NCBI RefSeq assembly: GCF_001194135.2
Contig: NC_068983.1
Span: 109,980,986-110,034,096 of the forward strand
Reading direction: 5' to 3'
Length of the DNA: 53,111 nt
DNA from: Octopus bimaculoides
Lineage: Eukaryota
The notes beneath the pieces were generated by a model, which saw only the letters and a list, made by a program, of their open reading frames with translations, was not told where the DNA came from and searched no databases. The position numbers and the translations under genes are program-made. Positions 11,012 to 23,148 of this stretch are shown piece by piece. The stretch's first letter is position 1. Each line of letters opens with the position of its first letter.

Positions 11012-12132
11012 CTGATTGGAATAATTTTGGCTTTTATATTTGCTTCACCTACTTAGAGTTTTGTATTTTAAGAATAATCGCTTCAATAACTGAATATATA
11101 TATATATATATATAAGTTATATATCAGATTAGACTATTATATGCGTATTTTAAATATCAGCAAAAGCCATTAACAAGGTTCCTTTTAATTAGGTGTAATA
11201 TCGCTATAACAATGGTTCAATGAAGTGCAGTTGATTTCAGTCATGTTTATCTGGTACTCTAAATTTCCGCATTAATTCATGCTGCATCACGCAGAAATAC
11301 AATTACTATTTACATCGAAGCACTTCCAATTATAAAGTCTAATATACTTAAATTTTGTAGCATAGAAAAATAAAATAATTGAAAGAATTTGTCATAATGG
11401 ATTTTCCTAAATGTGAAATATTGTTAATGGATTTTCGTAAATAAATGTTGAGTTTTGTCGATAACGTTCTTTAGTGATAGTTTCAGTATGGGGCATAATA
11501 TTTTTCAAGTCACATATTCAGCTTCTGCTTATGTTATTTGGAAACGCATGAATATCACAACATTGCATTTCTTCTCTGGCAAAACCTTTCTGTTTTGTAA
11601 ATGAAGAATAAATTACGTGTCAGATCAGCTTGAAAAAGTTTTATACGATTGTCATGGTCATTTATATGATTCATTTATCATGTCTTTAATATTTTTCTTG
11701 ATCAATTTTTGCTTCTTAAAAAGATCTACTCAGAATCCTACGTAACATTTCCAGACAATAATCGTTACGTATTACTATTAAGAGGAAATATTTATTAACG
11801 TTTAAAGCTATTTTATATTCTGACGACCTCTGAAGATACATTCATTTTCTGCAGTGTCATTGTCATTGGCTCCCATGAAGATAAAGCAGCTATGCCACGA
11901 TCAATAAGTTAGTCTGTGTGAGATTGTATTTAGTGACAACACGTAAAGAAGAGTGAGAAAGTAAACCAAAACATTACCATATTAAACGTCTGGTACTTTT
12001 TATCTTTGATTCCACTTGTTTTAGAATAACTAAGTGATGCTGCAATTTCTTCTGCAAAGCAACTACTTATATTATTGCAGATTAGGAAACTAAATTTTAC
12101 GATTTTCTAGTTTCATAACAGAACTCTAGATT

Positions 12133-12265
12133 GGCAGCATCTAGAGCGCTGGGAAAATTGTTGTGTGACATATAGTTACAGTCATCGTTTTGAAGTTCTA
12201 ATCCCGCCAGTGTCGATTTTGTCTTTCATCTTCTCGTTGTCGATGAAATAAATTAACCAAGCCAG
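12133..12265 (+). mobile_element. Highly degenerate SINE family A copy
   Basis: gaagttctaatcccgccagtgtcgattttgtctttcatc resembles gagttcaaattccgccgaggtcgactttgcctttcatc. Confidence 0.55.
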
Positions 12266-12807
12266 CTGAGAACTGAGAAATAAGCATAACCTTCTGTTCC
12301 GTTTCTCATATAATACGACTAATCACTCGTTAATGAAACCAAAATGTAGGTCGGCTCAATTTAACAGCACTGGTACATGGATAAATGAATAATAATGATC
12401 ATTTTAATATTGTGCTATCTCTTCTATCTCGAGTACAACCATATAACTATGTAGCTATATGAAAATAATACTTAATACTGCTACTGTAGCAATATTAAAA
12501 AGTTCCCAGTTACTACTGTATATAGTGTAGAGTTTGATGATCATATGTTTAATTAAACTGAGATATGGCCCACTACCGTGATATTTCATGAGAGGAACTC
12601 TTGTAGTGACAAGAACCTCGGTTTAAATAAATATGCTCCACATCATGTATTAAGTACAAATTGCCTCTCATTTATACACGTGAATATGTGAGAGTGTGCA
12701 AGTATATATGTATATAGCTTTCATACACGAAAAATAATACAATATAAGAAAATTCACTGGATATGGATAGCGATTTCATTGTAGTATACAATTTGCTGTT
12801 ATTCAGC

Positions 12808-12809
12808 AG

Positions 12810-12845
<36 letters not shown>

Positions 12846-12857
12846 AACACACACATA

Positions 12858-12926
<69 letters not shown>

Positions 12927-12930
12927 ATGT
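12808..12930. repeat. (CT)n(CA)n compound microsatellite
   Basis: Direct reading. Confidence 0.95.
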
Positions 12931-13261
12931 ACACAACTATATCTACCATTTGAAATATTCAACTAGATTTTCTGTAATTCGTTTTATTTTTGTTTTGTTT
13001 TAAATAACGATTGGCTTTCACCTTCTATAATCTATGTATGTGAGTATGTGTATACATGAATGTTTAATATCGTCAGACGATGGCTTAACTGGCCGAATCT
13101 TCGAAGTGACTGTCAATAATATGATTGTTTAAAAATAATAAATTTGTACTCAACAAATGTATAGAGTAAACCATCAGATTAATGTAAAATTGTTTGGATT
13201 ATAAATGAACATAAAAAAAACCAAACATATATGTACGTATGTATGTATATATATAGATATA

Positions 13262-13279
13262 AGTGTGTGTGTGTATTCA

Positions 13280-13335
<56 letters not shown>

Positions 13336-13380
13336 TGTATGTATGCGTGTGTAGGTGTGTATGCGCTTGCAGGTGTGTAC
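13262..13380. repeat. (GT)n microsatellite
   Basis: Direct reading. Confidence 0.95.
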
Positions 13381-14788
13381 AAGAGTGCGGATGGCTGAAC
13401 CGATTGGGGACTAAGTAAATTATCTACTTAATTTCGACATTAATATGTACCGCAGACCAGAACTAAGTTGAAAGAAATTTGTATCTTGTAAAGCTGTGTT
13501 AGATTTCTGCGTTTATAATTGAGAAAGAGAGAGGCTTTGCCAATGTGACTAACCTGTTAACTTGAAGTTAAAATCTTCAAGCGTACCCAAACTACTGAAT
13601 AGATCACAATCACTCGTAAATCTATATTTATATCATATAAAATATTTGAAGCGTTTACACCTTGGATCCTCAACCATGAATATAGAATTCAGTCTGAATG
13701 TTACTACAAATTTCTTCCCGTTGTTTTCAGGTTTTGCACTCGGAAATTTATATCGACTTGTTCACCATCTTCCGTCAAGTCCATTTTAACCTAGATAACT
13801 CATGAAATATCCATTGTTACTTTGATCCGGTTTTGTTATGGAATTGTTATAAATACTAAATACTAAATAAAATTCTTTCCTCTTTTACTCGGCATCTGTC
13901 GCTGAGGTAACATGTCCTCCTTCTTCCTCAGCTGTGTCAGAAGTAGCGTGTGTCAGCATATCTTATCTTTTATTTGGCGGTCTCAAAGTAACATCTTTCT
14001 TACTCTTTCTTTCCTCTTATCATCCACAGCACCGTGCCATCTTTATTACTACAGCCTCCTTTCTTACATTAAATATTCTACAACTACAATGGCAAAGTTT
14101 CTCCTAACAAACCAAGATTTGTAATCTACTTCCAACTTGAAGTTGTGAATAAAATTGGTGACGGTTGAATAAAAATTATCTTAACTTTGATCTATTTCTT
14201 CTATCATTTATTCCATGGACTATGAATTAACCAACGCGCAGGCTTCTCAACTTACAAAGCTTCATACCAATCACAAACATAACATCCTGACCGTTACATA
14301 TCTAATAAGTAGTGATAGTTTCTTTTCAGAAAACGTTTAAATACGCAAGGTGATCTATAATATCTCCGGTAATGTATGAATATTAAATTACTTATTAGAA
14401 ACATGCAAATATTGTTTATCTTCACTTGAACATTTATTGTTTGTAATATGGCATCAAAATTTTTGTCGTTCGAAACTACCTGTTTAAGTGAGGTTAAGTC
14501 TTTTATGTTTCTGAATGGCTAACATGCATCTTCCATGCTGCAGTGGGTTTAGTTTCAACACTGTTCCATATGGAACCACTTGCATAACACGTCCGTAAAT
14601 TATGTATTGTCTTATATTTGGGGAAAAAAGTTTCAAATTCATAAAATTAGATGAACGCCACTTGACACCAACCCATACAAATAGTTAACTTCTTGTATGG
14701 TTCAAACTCAGATATCAGTAGCTCAAACTTAAATTTCAGACTGTTCATATAAAAAATATATACTATGGGTCATTTTTTAATATCGATT

Positions 14789-14965
14789 TCAAATTTTGAC
14801 ACAAGGCCTACAATTTCGGGGGAGAGGATAAATCGATTACATCGACCCCAGTGTTCAACTGGTATTTATCTTATAGACCCGAAAGGATAAAAGGCTAAGT
14901 CAACCTCGGCGGAATTTGAACTCAAAACGTTTTGTCCGCTAACGATTCTGCCAGCTCGCCACCTT
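14789..14965 (-). mobile_element. SINE family A copy with internal deletion
   Basis: Reverse complement begins GGTGGCGAGCTGGCAGAATCGTTAGC and contains the B box GAGTTCAAATTCC. Confidence 0.85.
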
Positions 14966-16029
14966 ATTTTAATATTAACAGTGTTATTTTAATATTAACG
15001 GTGTTATTTTAATATTAACAGTCCTCAGCTACGCAGTATATTTATGATCATCCAAGACTATCTGATCTCATGTGAACACTCTCCATTGTTTTTATTTGCA
15101 ATCTTGAAACTCAGATCAACTTACAGCTGATTACTTAATTTCCACTTCTTTTGTTGGGTGGTTTGGATGCAGATACCTGTTTGCTTATTATATACACCGT
15201 GTAAATATTTAACTGCTCACCGAGAATTAAAAACTAACAATAAAGCAAGAAATGTTCCTTTTAATGGTACTTTTAATTGTGAATGGAATGGCTAGTATTT
15301 ATTTATTATACACATAATATAAGCAAGTCCAAAGATCCAGTCCTAGGTAGTAATAATAATGTTCACATGTTAACACGTTAGATAATGTTCTGATTTTACA
15401 GAAGGGGGGAAAAATGAGCATACGCTTGGATAAAAGTATTCTTTAAAAAATTATAGTAGAAAAATAATGATATTAAAGTCATAAACACGTGTAAACACTT
15501 CGATTATATTTCATTTTATCAGTTCTTTGATTGATTTAAGAATAATATTGAACAAGAATTTCAATCAAAGCAAAATAAATATGGTGAGCTTATTTAAAAG
15601 GTAAATTTGCACTCGCAAATTATATAAATGGATTGGATTCTCGATCTTTGGTGGTTTCAAGCGATATAAACATCGTTATGTGAGATTTCCCGGATGGAAA
15701 AGAAATCATTTGCGTCACTTCTAAAGAAGAATCAATTGAATGCTTTTAATTGATTCCAATCACTGAAGATGGTAATGCCATTTTTTTTTACAGTGATTGA
15801 TCTACGCAAAACTTTTGATAAGTATTCTTACATATAGATGGAACACAAATAGCAAAGATCCAATTAAGAAAGAATGAAGCACAGGGAGATAATATCATTA
15901 TCTCTAGACTGTAATGTTGCTTCAATTGAATACCAAACTCATTCCATCATAAACCTCTGTATTTATACGAGCTTTTCAAACAAATATTTTACCGACAACT
16001 TTCTGTTGTCTGGTATTTTGATTGTTGAT

Positions 16030-17215
16030 ATCTGAACTAAACACGAATGAGAACAGGGAAAATTACGCAGTTGAAATTAATAAGAAATCCCATGCTCTTC
16101 AAGACCAATCTCAAGCCAACTCTACTAACATAATGTATGAGAACATAATTGAAGCACGCAAAAAAGCTGCATAACTCCACATACCTTTGAAACGGCACAG
16201 AGTAAAGAAGATCCCATGAGAAAACCAAGAAGTAATATGGAAAAGGAAAGAATTAAAAAGTACTCATTCTAAACATATGCTACAACCGACTGAAAGAAAC
16301 AAACTGCTTGTAGCTGAAGCAAAAGGAATTTGGATGATTCTTCTATCAAAGAACAAAGAAACTACATTATGGAGAAAGTAGAACTACTGCATAATGTTCA
16401 CTTGAATCTAAAAGTTAAGCTTGCTTAGATTGTGTGGAGTGTTATCAATGAAATAACTGGAAGAAAGAAAACCAAACCAAAGTAAGATAAAAGTTGAAAG
16501 CCCTGAAGGAAGAGAAAAGTTGTGGAAGGAGCATTTTACTAAGTTACTTGGACAACCTCCTTTGAAAGTTGAAGGAAATATTGACAAGGTATATGATCCA
16601 ACACCTATTGATGTTAGTGATTTTACAGTGCAGGAATTGAAAGATGCTATCAAATCGACACAAAGCAACAACGTAACAGGATTGGATAATATATCAGCAG
16701 AAGTATGGAAGGTATGCATGAACGGTGAGCTGCTTGAAATTTGCCGAAAGACCTTCGAAGGAGATGTTTCGAAAATCTGAAGAAAAAGAGGAATAGTGCC
16801 TCTACCCAGGAAAAGTGACCTGGGATATACAGCAAATTATAGAGTAATTACTTTGTCTGTAGTTGGAGCTAAAATCTACAACGGAATGTTACTTAACAGA
16901 ATAAGACCATATTTAGACTGGACACTCAGAATAAATAAAAATGGTTTTAGACAGATCAACCGTCTTATAAATATTGACACTGCAGAGGCTACTAAGAGTT
17001 AGATCAAAGAAGTTGAAAGTTGTACTAACTTACATTGACTTCAAGAAAGCTTTTGACTTCATCCTTAAAGGAAAGCTTGTGCCAATCCTAGTAGCAATTG
17101 GCATATCTAATGCCACAGTTTCTGCTATAAATATACTATACTTCAACACGGAAGCTCAAGTTCCCTAATCTGATGGTGATACTGAGTTCTTTTTCAACTC
17201 TCAGGTGATACAAAT
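16030..17215 (+). mobile_element. RTE-like LINE remnant (linker and RT domains 0-3)
   Basis: WKEHFTKLLG, FTVQELKDAIK, GLDNISAEVWK, PLPRKSDLG..ANYR.ITL..VGAKIYN.MLLNRIRP, YIDFKKAFD and LYFNTEAQV..DGDTEFF, with stops and frameshifts. Clade assignment is from recall. Confidence 0.85.
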
Positions 17216-18099
17216 CTCAGTAAGGAACAGTTGCCACGAGCAAGGGAAAATTGTAAATTATAGAGAGACTTTACAGGAAATGTTTGACTGTGGTCGTTAT
17301 GATATCTGACTGTTTTTCCCCTGAAATTTTTAATAGATCCAATAAAGGGTTTCAAAGAAAAACATAGGAAAAACCCAAGTATCGAAAACTCTGATGATGG
17401 AATTTCGCTGTTATGGAAATTTAAAGTATGATCACTAATTTCGGACGACAGCAGATAGTTTGACGCTCTAGGAAACTCGGATAACTTTTAACAATTTTTG
17501 AAACTAAAATCTCTATAGCCTTTTTTTTGTTATTTTGTTTGAAATTTTGCAAACTCTTACGCGTTCCTTTTCCCGCTCCACCATCTTTGTATGCGAACCT
17601 ATTCAATTGACTTTGTTTCTATTAATTTCGATACAGTTGTCAGCATCTACACATTCCTTTCTCGGGTTCCTTTTATCATGACTGAGCGTGTACCATTTCA
17701 ACTGACCTGTATCTTGTCACTAACTTTTATTAAACAGTACCTACTCTGGCTTCACTGACCCATCCCTTTCATTTTCTCATGTTTTAAATCTGAATTAATA
17801 AGGCAGCTACTTTTTGATAACACCGAATATTACTGTTTTCCTCGGATTCTTCTCTATTAAGTATGTCCTTCTTGCCTACTAGCCCACTAACTTTTATACA
17901 TTATACTTATTCTAGATAATTTTTGGAAAGAGACCAATGAGTGGAAGAGAAATTATTAGTATGAAAATGTATCGTTAAGGCATTAGGTTGGACGTTATAC
18001 TTGATGTTTTACGATGGTGTGTAAAAGATTGAAGATGCCAACGTCTACAAAGGGAACAATTTCTGAATGATTTACTAGAAATAAAAGATGTAACTTTTG

Positions 18100-18385
18100 A
18101 TGCAAAGCATTTTCTTGCATGAAAAGGCTGATTTGGAACGTTTACGATGCATCTTAATTTGCATAATTTTAAAATGACCAGAGATATTGGTTGAGATGAA
18201 ACAGATGCTGCTACAACAATTATTGTTGAAGGAGGCTATACACCAGAACAAGTGTAGTCTATTGATAAAACTGGAATTTAGGGGGAACGCATGACAACTA
18301 GGGCTTATTTCTAGAGCGGAAGAAACGAAAACAAGAGGCTATAAAGCTTCTAAAAGTTGTTTGATACTTTTCGTAGGAGGAAATA
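18100..18385 (+). mobile_element. pogo/Tigger-like transposase remnant (CENP-B HTH to start of DDE domain)
   Basis: Degenerate translation matches LHNFK..., IIVEGGYTPEQV..ID.TG, R.Y.S..E....GYKASK..L.L..GGN. Confidence 0.7.
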
Positions 18386-18632
18386 CTCTCAGTTGATATG
18401 GAATTAAAGCCATTGAATATCACTTCGAATATCAAAGGGCTTTCAATAGCTATACAGCATTTTAACTACCAGTAATATAACGTTTAAATAGGAAGGCATC
18501 TAGAAGCCTTTTCCAAGGCTAGTTTACTACCATTATCTTTTTTCAGTTGTAGAAAGATACTATAATAGGTGTTATATTTCTAATAAAGTTTTGTTACTTT
18601 AGATGTTGATTTTTCTGATAACGCGAAAGTGG

Positions 18633-18639
<7 letters not shown>

Positions 18640-18679
<40 letters not shown>

Positions 18680-19078
18680 NNNNNNNNNNNNNNNNNNNNN
18701 NNNNNNNNNNNNNNNNNNNNNNNNNNNNNNNNNNNNNNNNNNNNNNNNNNNNNNNNNNNNNNNNNNNNNNNNNNNNNNNNNNNNNNNNNNNNNNNNNNNN
18801 NNNNNNNNNNNNNNNNNNNNNNNNNNNNNNNNNNNNNNNNNNNNNNNNNNNNNNNNNNNNNNNNNNNNNNNNNNNNNNNNNNNNNNNNNNNNNNNNNNNN
18901 NNNNNNNNNNNNNNNNNNNNNNGTGTGTGTGTGTGTGTGAGTGTGTGTGTGTGTATGTGTGTGTGTATGTGTGTGTGTGTGTGTGTGTGTGAGTGAGTGT
19001 GTGTGTGTGTGTGTGAGTGTGTGTGTATGTGTGAGTGTGTGTGTGTGTATGTGTGTGTGTGTGTATGTGTGTGTGTGT
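18640..19078. repeat. (GT)n microsatellite spanning N-gap 18680-18922
   Basis: Direct reading. Confidence 0.9.
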
Positions 19079-19708
19079 ATCTCAAGAATTCAAATTATTT
19101 TAAGCCAATAAACCAAAGTATATCGAATAACTTCAATACATATTATCAGTAAAAATCTTTAAAAAACTCATAAAAAAACGTTTGATGAGAAAATTAAAAT
19201 TTACAGTTAGAGATTTCTGTAAAAAGTTCCTCGTTATGGCTGCTGCGGATAATAAAACCAAGTCAAGGAATGAAATGAAACTCTCAGCTATGAATAGGGA
19301 TTGGAAAAATCTATGGTTAGAGAGTATTCATGATTTTACATGATTTTCAACGGCAGAGAGTCTACGTCAAGTTCAGCACGATATTGTGATCCTGGGGAAT
19401 AATATAGGATTTAAAGAATGTGACTGAGTTGGTAGGATCTCATAAAGATTTAAAGACTGATATATTTATACATAAAAATCGTGGTCATGTTTCTTTAATC
19501 AGAACGCATCTTCATTTATAACATAGAAATGCATGAGAAAATATTTTTCAGGTTGCTGCTCTTTGTAATACAGTAGTGCCTTAACGAATGCTGGATTCCG
19601 TAACGTGGGGAAGACCTACAAGTAGATTTATACTCTGCTCAAGTTAGTTATTTTGTTATTCGTATCACAAGTGAAAAACAGTTGTAACCTCAGCTGGATT
19701 GATTAGAC

Positions 19709-19854
19709 CAGGCATGTGCAAACTTTTCGAGAAGCGGGCCGCATGAGACACGGCTCATCATGAAGCAAACTGCACTACTCAAAAGATTTTAGAATAATTT
19801 TCCGTTATGCGTGCCATTCGGAAAGCCTCGCGGGCCGCAGTTTGCCCATGACTG
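19709..19854. mobile_element. hAT (Charlie-like) MITE, 146 bp
   Basis: TIRs CAGGCATGTGCAAACT and AGTTTGCCCATGACTG match at 14/16; subterminal GCGGGCCGCA at both ends; flanks gattagac and tactaggc resemble a decayed 8-bp TSD. Confidence 0.8.
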
Positions 19855-20563
19855 TACTAGGCTTTTCAGCAGTAGGTGCATGCATACTGAGACAGCTACA
19901 ACTAGAATATAACCCTTCTCAGTTTCAGTATGACATTCATTCATCTATTGAGTTGATCTGTTTCGACTCTCTTGATAATAAATAAAACCAAAACGATGAT
20001 CATAATTCTTTGCATTATCGACTGGAGATGTATAATAAGGAAAAGCAATTGATTATTTATTAACACAGATTTAATATTCGTTGCGAAAACATGTTACTGC
20101 ATTCTCAATGAATGAACATCAGAAATATATAAAAACGTAACCAAATTTCTCTAATTTTACTGACATATCACGCTCACACAAACGCACAGACACACGCACA
20201 TGCATACACACACGTACGTGCGCACGCACGCATACATGCACGCACGTATGCACACGCACGCAAACACGCATACACAACCTGTAGAATAAAAAATATTGGG
20301 AGAGATAAAAAGTTTGAGAATCATTTTTTTACACATGTATTTGCATTTGGTGTGTATATATTTCTTGCACGCATATTTTTACATATACGAACACTATATA
20401 CATAGTAACCAACTGATCATTATCAAAATAGAGATGTGATCATATATTTGTGATTGGTTTCAACAAACACGAAATACGCATTCGCACACATGTACATACA
20501 CATACATTATACATTCATACATACATACATACATACATATATACATACTTACAAACAAAAATA

Positions 20564-20656
20564 CCCTGTTTTTGATGTTGAAATTCCAATGAAGGAACCT
20601 TGGATCTAGGTTAGAAACCGGCTCTTTTTGTATTAGCAAGAAATCTTGAGATAAAA
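20564..20656. repeat. Dispersed repeat; second copy inverted at about 30968-31070
   Basis: ccctgtttttgatgttgaaattccaatgaagga.ccttggatctaggttagaaaccggctc matches the reverse complement of gagccgctctctaacctagattcaaggctccatcattggaatttgaacatcaacaacaggg. Both copies lie next to (CATA)/(TATG) arrays. Confidence 0.8.
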
Positions 20657-21621
20657 GTGAACAATGACACACTTACATACAGATACCCCACACGTTCGCG
20701 CACACACACACAGACACACGCACGCACACACTCGCGTGCGAATACATGCATAAGCTGTGAAGAATACTGAAAGGGATATGGAAGTGAGGTAAGGTGGCTC
20801 AGAGGCGAAGGTGTGCTGAAGGTTTGTAAATCATAAAAAGAAAGTCGAAGACTCTGGCTTTTGTCAAGGTTGGTGTGAAGATGACGCCGTCTACCTGGGC
20901 CATCCCCTGGTCCCGCTAGCTATGACAAAAGGCTGAAAGGTGAAAATTACTCAAGGGAGCAGGTAAGTTTCCAGGAATTGTCACTAAGTTGGCAATGGAG
21001 GCAGCAGGGATTGCTTCAAGGTGACTGATTTAGGAGGGGAAAACCCTGGAAGTTGGGGTTCGATCAACCTTGACTAAGTCGCTTGGATGACATTGACCGA
21101 TAGGTGGAAGAGCCAAAACACTCAACGATCCCAGAAAGCATTACTGATTATTTGACCAGGTGCTTCATGAAATGATTTATGTAAAAGCAACGCGCGTGTG
21201 TGTGTGCGCAATTCTCTAATATATTATCAAATATATGGACACAGCAATTGAAAATCATATGTATTATTATTGATTTCTATTTTTATGGGTGGGATATTGA
21301 TTTCACATGAGCATGCGAATCTGAACAATGAAGGAAACTATGTAAAATAACTCTACACTAAGCAGAAATCCTTTGAATCAACTAAATAACTTATACTGAA
21401 ATGCAGATATATATACATATCTAAGCAAACACATACATATGCCACATATACACACACTGATATATATNNNNNNNNNNNNNNNNNNNNNNNNNNNNNNNNN
21501 NNNNNNNNNNNNNNNNNNNNNNNNNNNNNNNNNNNNNNNNNNNNNNNNNNNNNNNNNNNNNNNNNNNNNNNNNNNNNNNNNNNNNNNNNNNNNNNNNNNN
21601 NNNNNNNNNNNNNNNNNNNNN

Positions 21622-21664
<43 letters not shown>

Positions 21665-21859
21665 AGTGTATGAGCGAGTGAGAGAGAGAAAGAGAGAGAG
21701 AAAATATAGAGCGTGTAGTTTTTATAGTACAAATCAGAGGTGACTGCATACCTGGAAACGCTTCAACTAACCGTAATCATACTGCACATCTCACTTCACC
21801 TTTCTTGCTGGATATTAACTAGGTGTCTGGTGTGAAATCATTAAAAAAAAAAAAAATGA

Positions 21860-22050
21860 AAGTAGTAGTGCAAAAAGTAAGGTTTCAAGAATTAAACTGG
21901 ATACTAAATTTGACATTTTAAAAAGGTTTGATGCAAGAGAAGAAAATCCGCCACAATGCTAAAACAGCTTCCAGCGTGTCCAGTGAGAACAATATATGAA
22001 ATACATGAAAATGTATAGAAAAATCAAGTCAAGTGCTCAAGAATCACTCC
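21860..22050 (+). mobile_element. pogo/Tigger-like N-terminal HTH remnant
   Basis: KLDTKFDILKRFDA...S.VRTI...EKIKSSAQ resembles the psq-type HTH of Tigger transposases. Confidence 0.55.
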
Positions 22051-22700
22051 TTTAACTACCCGGGCCAGAATGTTTTCATTTGATGTTACATTACCAAGGT
22101 TATTTGCATACAGAAGTTACCCATATAAACAATAAATGCAATGAAGCAAGGGACAGATCCATCAAACGAAACAGTTTCAAAAGAAGGTTCACACTCATGT
22201 TGATTAAAACTTGCTTTCTAGAACAGCTGCACTTTGACAATACAGCCCCTTTGTATTTTATCAAGTGATTCATAGAGAGGGATTTAATATACAGATCACA
22301 TCTGGCCTTGTGCCAGTATTTGAAACCACTCCAATCTCCAGATGACATACAATGATCAGCAATCGACCCACGCAGGGCAGCAACGTATGCGCACTGGCCA
22401 GTCTTTACAAACTTGCATTTTGTGCAACAAGCAGTGGAACCTCATTCGAAAACTGTACATCTGCATTACAGAACAAAATTATACTGTATAAATGGATTTC
22501 TGTTAAAAAAAGATACATGAACAGGTGTCGATTTTATACTCATCATGAAAGCCAAACAACAGAATATTGGGAATCTCGGGTTTGGGAAGACAATTTTTTA
22601 AAATAAATTAAATCTCTATTAAAAAAAAAAAAAAGAGACGTGATGCGTCACTCTAATTGGCAATGATAAAATCGTTTTGATTTTTATTGCGATATTTTTA

Positions 22701-22910
22701 GGCGGTGAGCTGGTAGAATCGTTAGTACGCCGGTCAAAATGCTTTCCGGCATTTTTTCCGTTTTTACGTTCTGAGTTCAAATTCCGCCGAGGTCGACTTT
22801 GCCTTTCATCTTTTACGGATCGATAAAATAAGTACTAGTTGAGCGCTGGGGCTGATGTAATCAACTTATACCCTTACCCTGAATTGCTGGCCTTGTACCA
22901 ATATTTGAAA
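22701..22910 (+). mobile_element. SINE family A, near full-length
   Basis: Head GGCGGTGAGCTGGTAGAATCGTTAG (box A-like), box B GAGTTCAAATTCC, body GGTCGACTTTGCCTTTCATC...GTCGATAAAATAAGTAC and tail CCTTGT.CCAA..TTTGAAA. Confidence 0.9.
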
Positions 22911-23030
22911 TCCGTATTTATTGGAATATTTTCCTTAGATGGAAAATATGAAATATATAAACTATAACAGCGCCTTTTTTAACAGCTCTGTCACTTGCTT
23001 CACCTCTTCTGACTATCAGTCTTTCTCTCT

Positions 23031-23148
23031 TTGACTTAGCCTTTCATTCTTTCTAGGTCGATAAAATAAGTACCAGTCAATTACTGAGGACGATGTAATA
23101 GACTAACCCCTGTCCTCTAACACTGGTTTCCTTGTGCCAAAATTTGAA
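23031..23148 (+). mobile_element. SINE family A, 5'-truncated
   Basis: gcctttcattc..ggtcgataaaataagtaccagt...ccttgtgccaaaatttgaa. Confidence 0.75.

Noticed and set aside
13070-13110. AGACGATGGC..GGCCGAA, resembling a decayed hammerhead
   Set aside because: Too many core changes and no stem I or III to support a call.
13560-14300. Possible additional RT or transposase remnants
   Set aside because: Only faint motif resemblance (MAKFLLTN..F); the family cannot be supported by eye.
17390-17445. CTGATGATGG...GGAAATT hammerhead candidate
   Set aside because: No GAAAC-NUH arrangement or stem I.
22080-22600. Several 60-115 codon open frames on both strands, one with a SWIM-like C..C..G.C..VAAL pattern
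   Set aside because: Competing frames on both strands and no unambiguous motif; cannot be assigned without a search.
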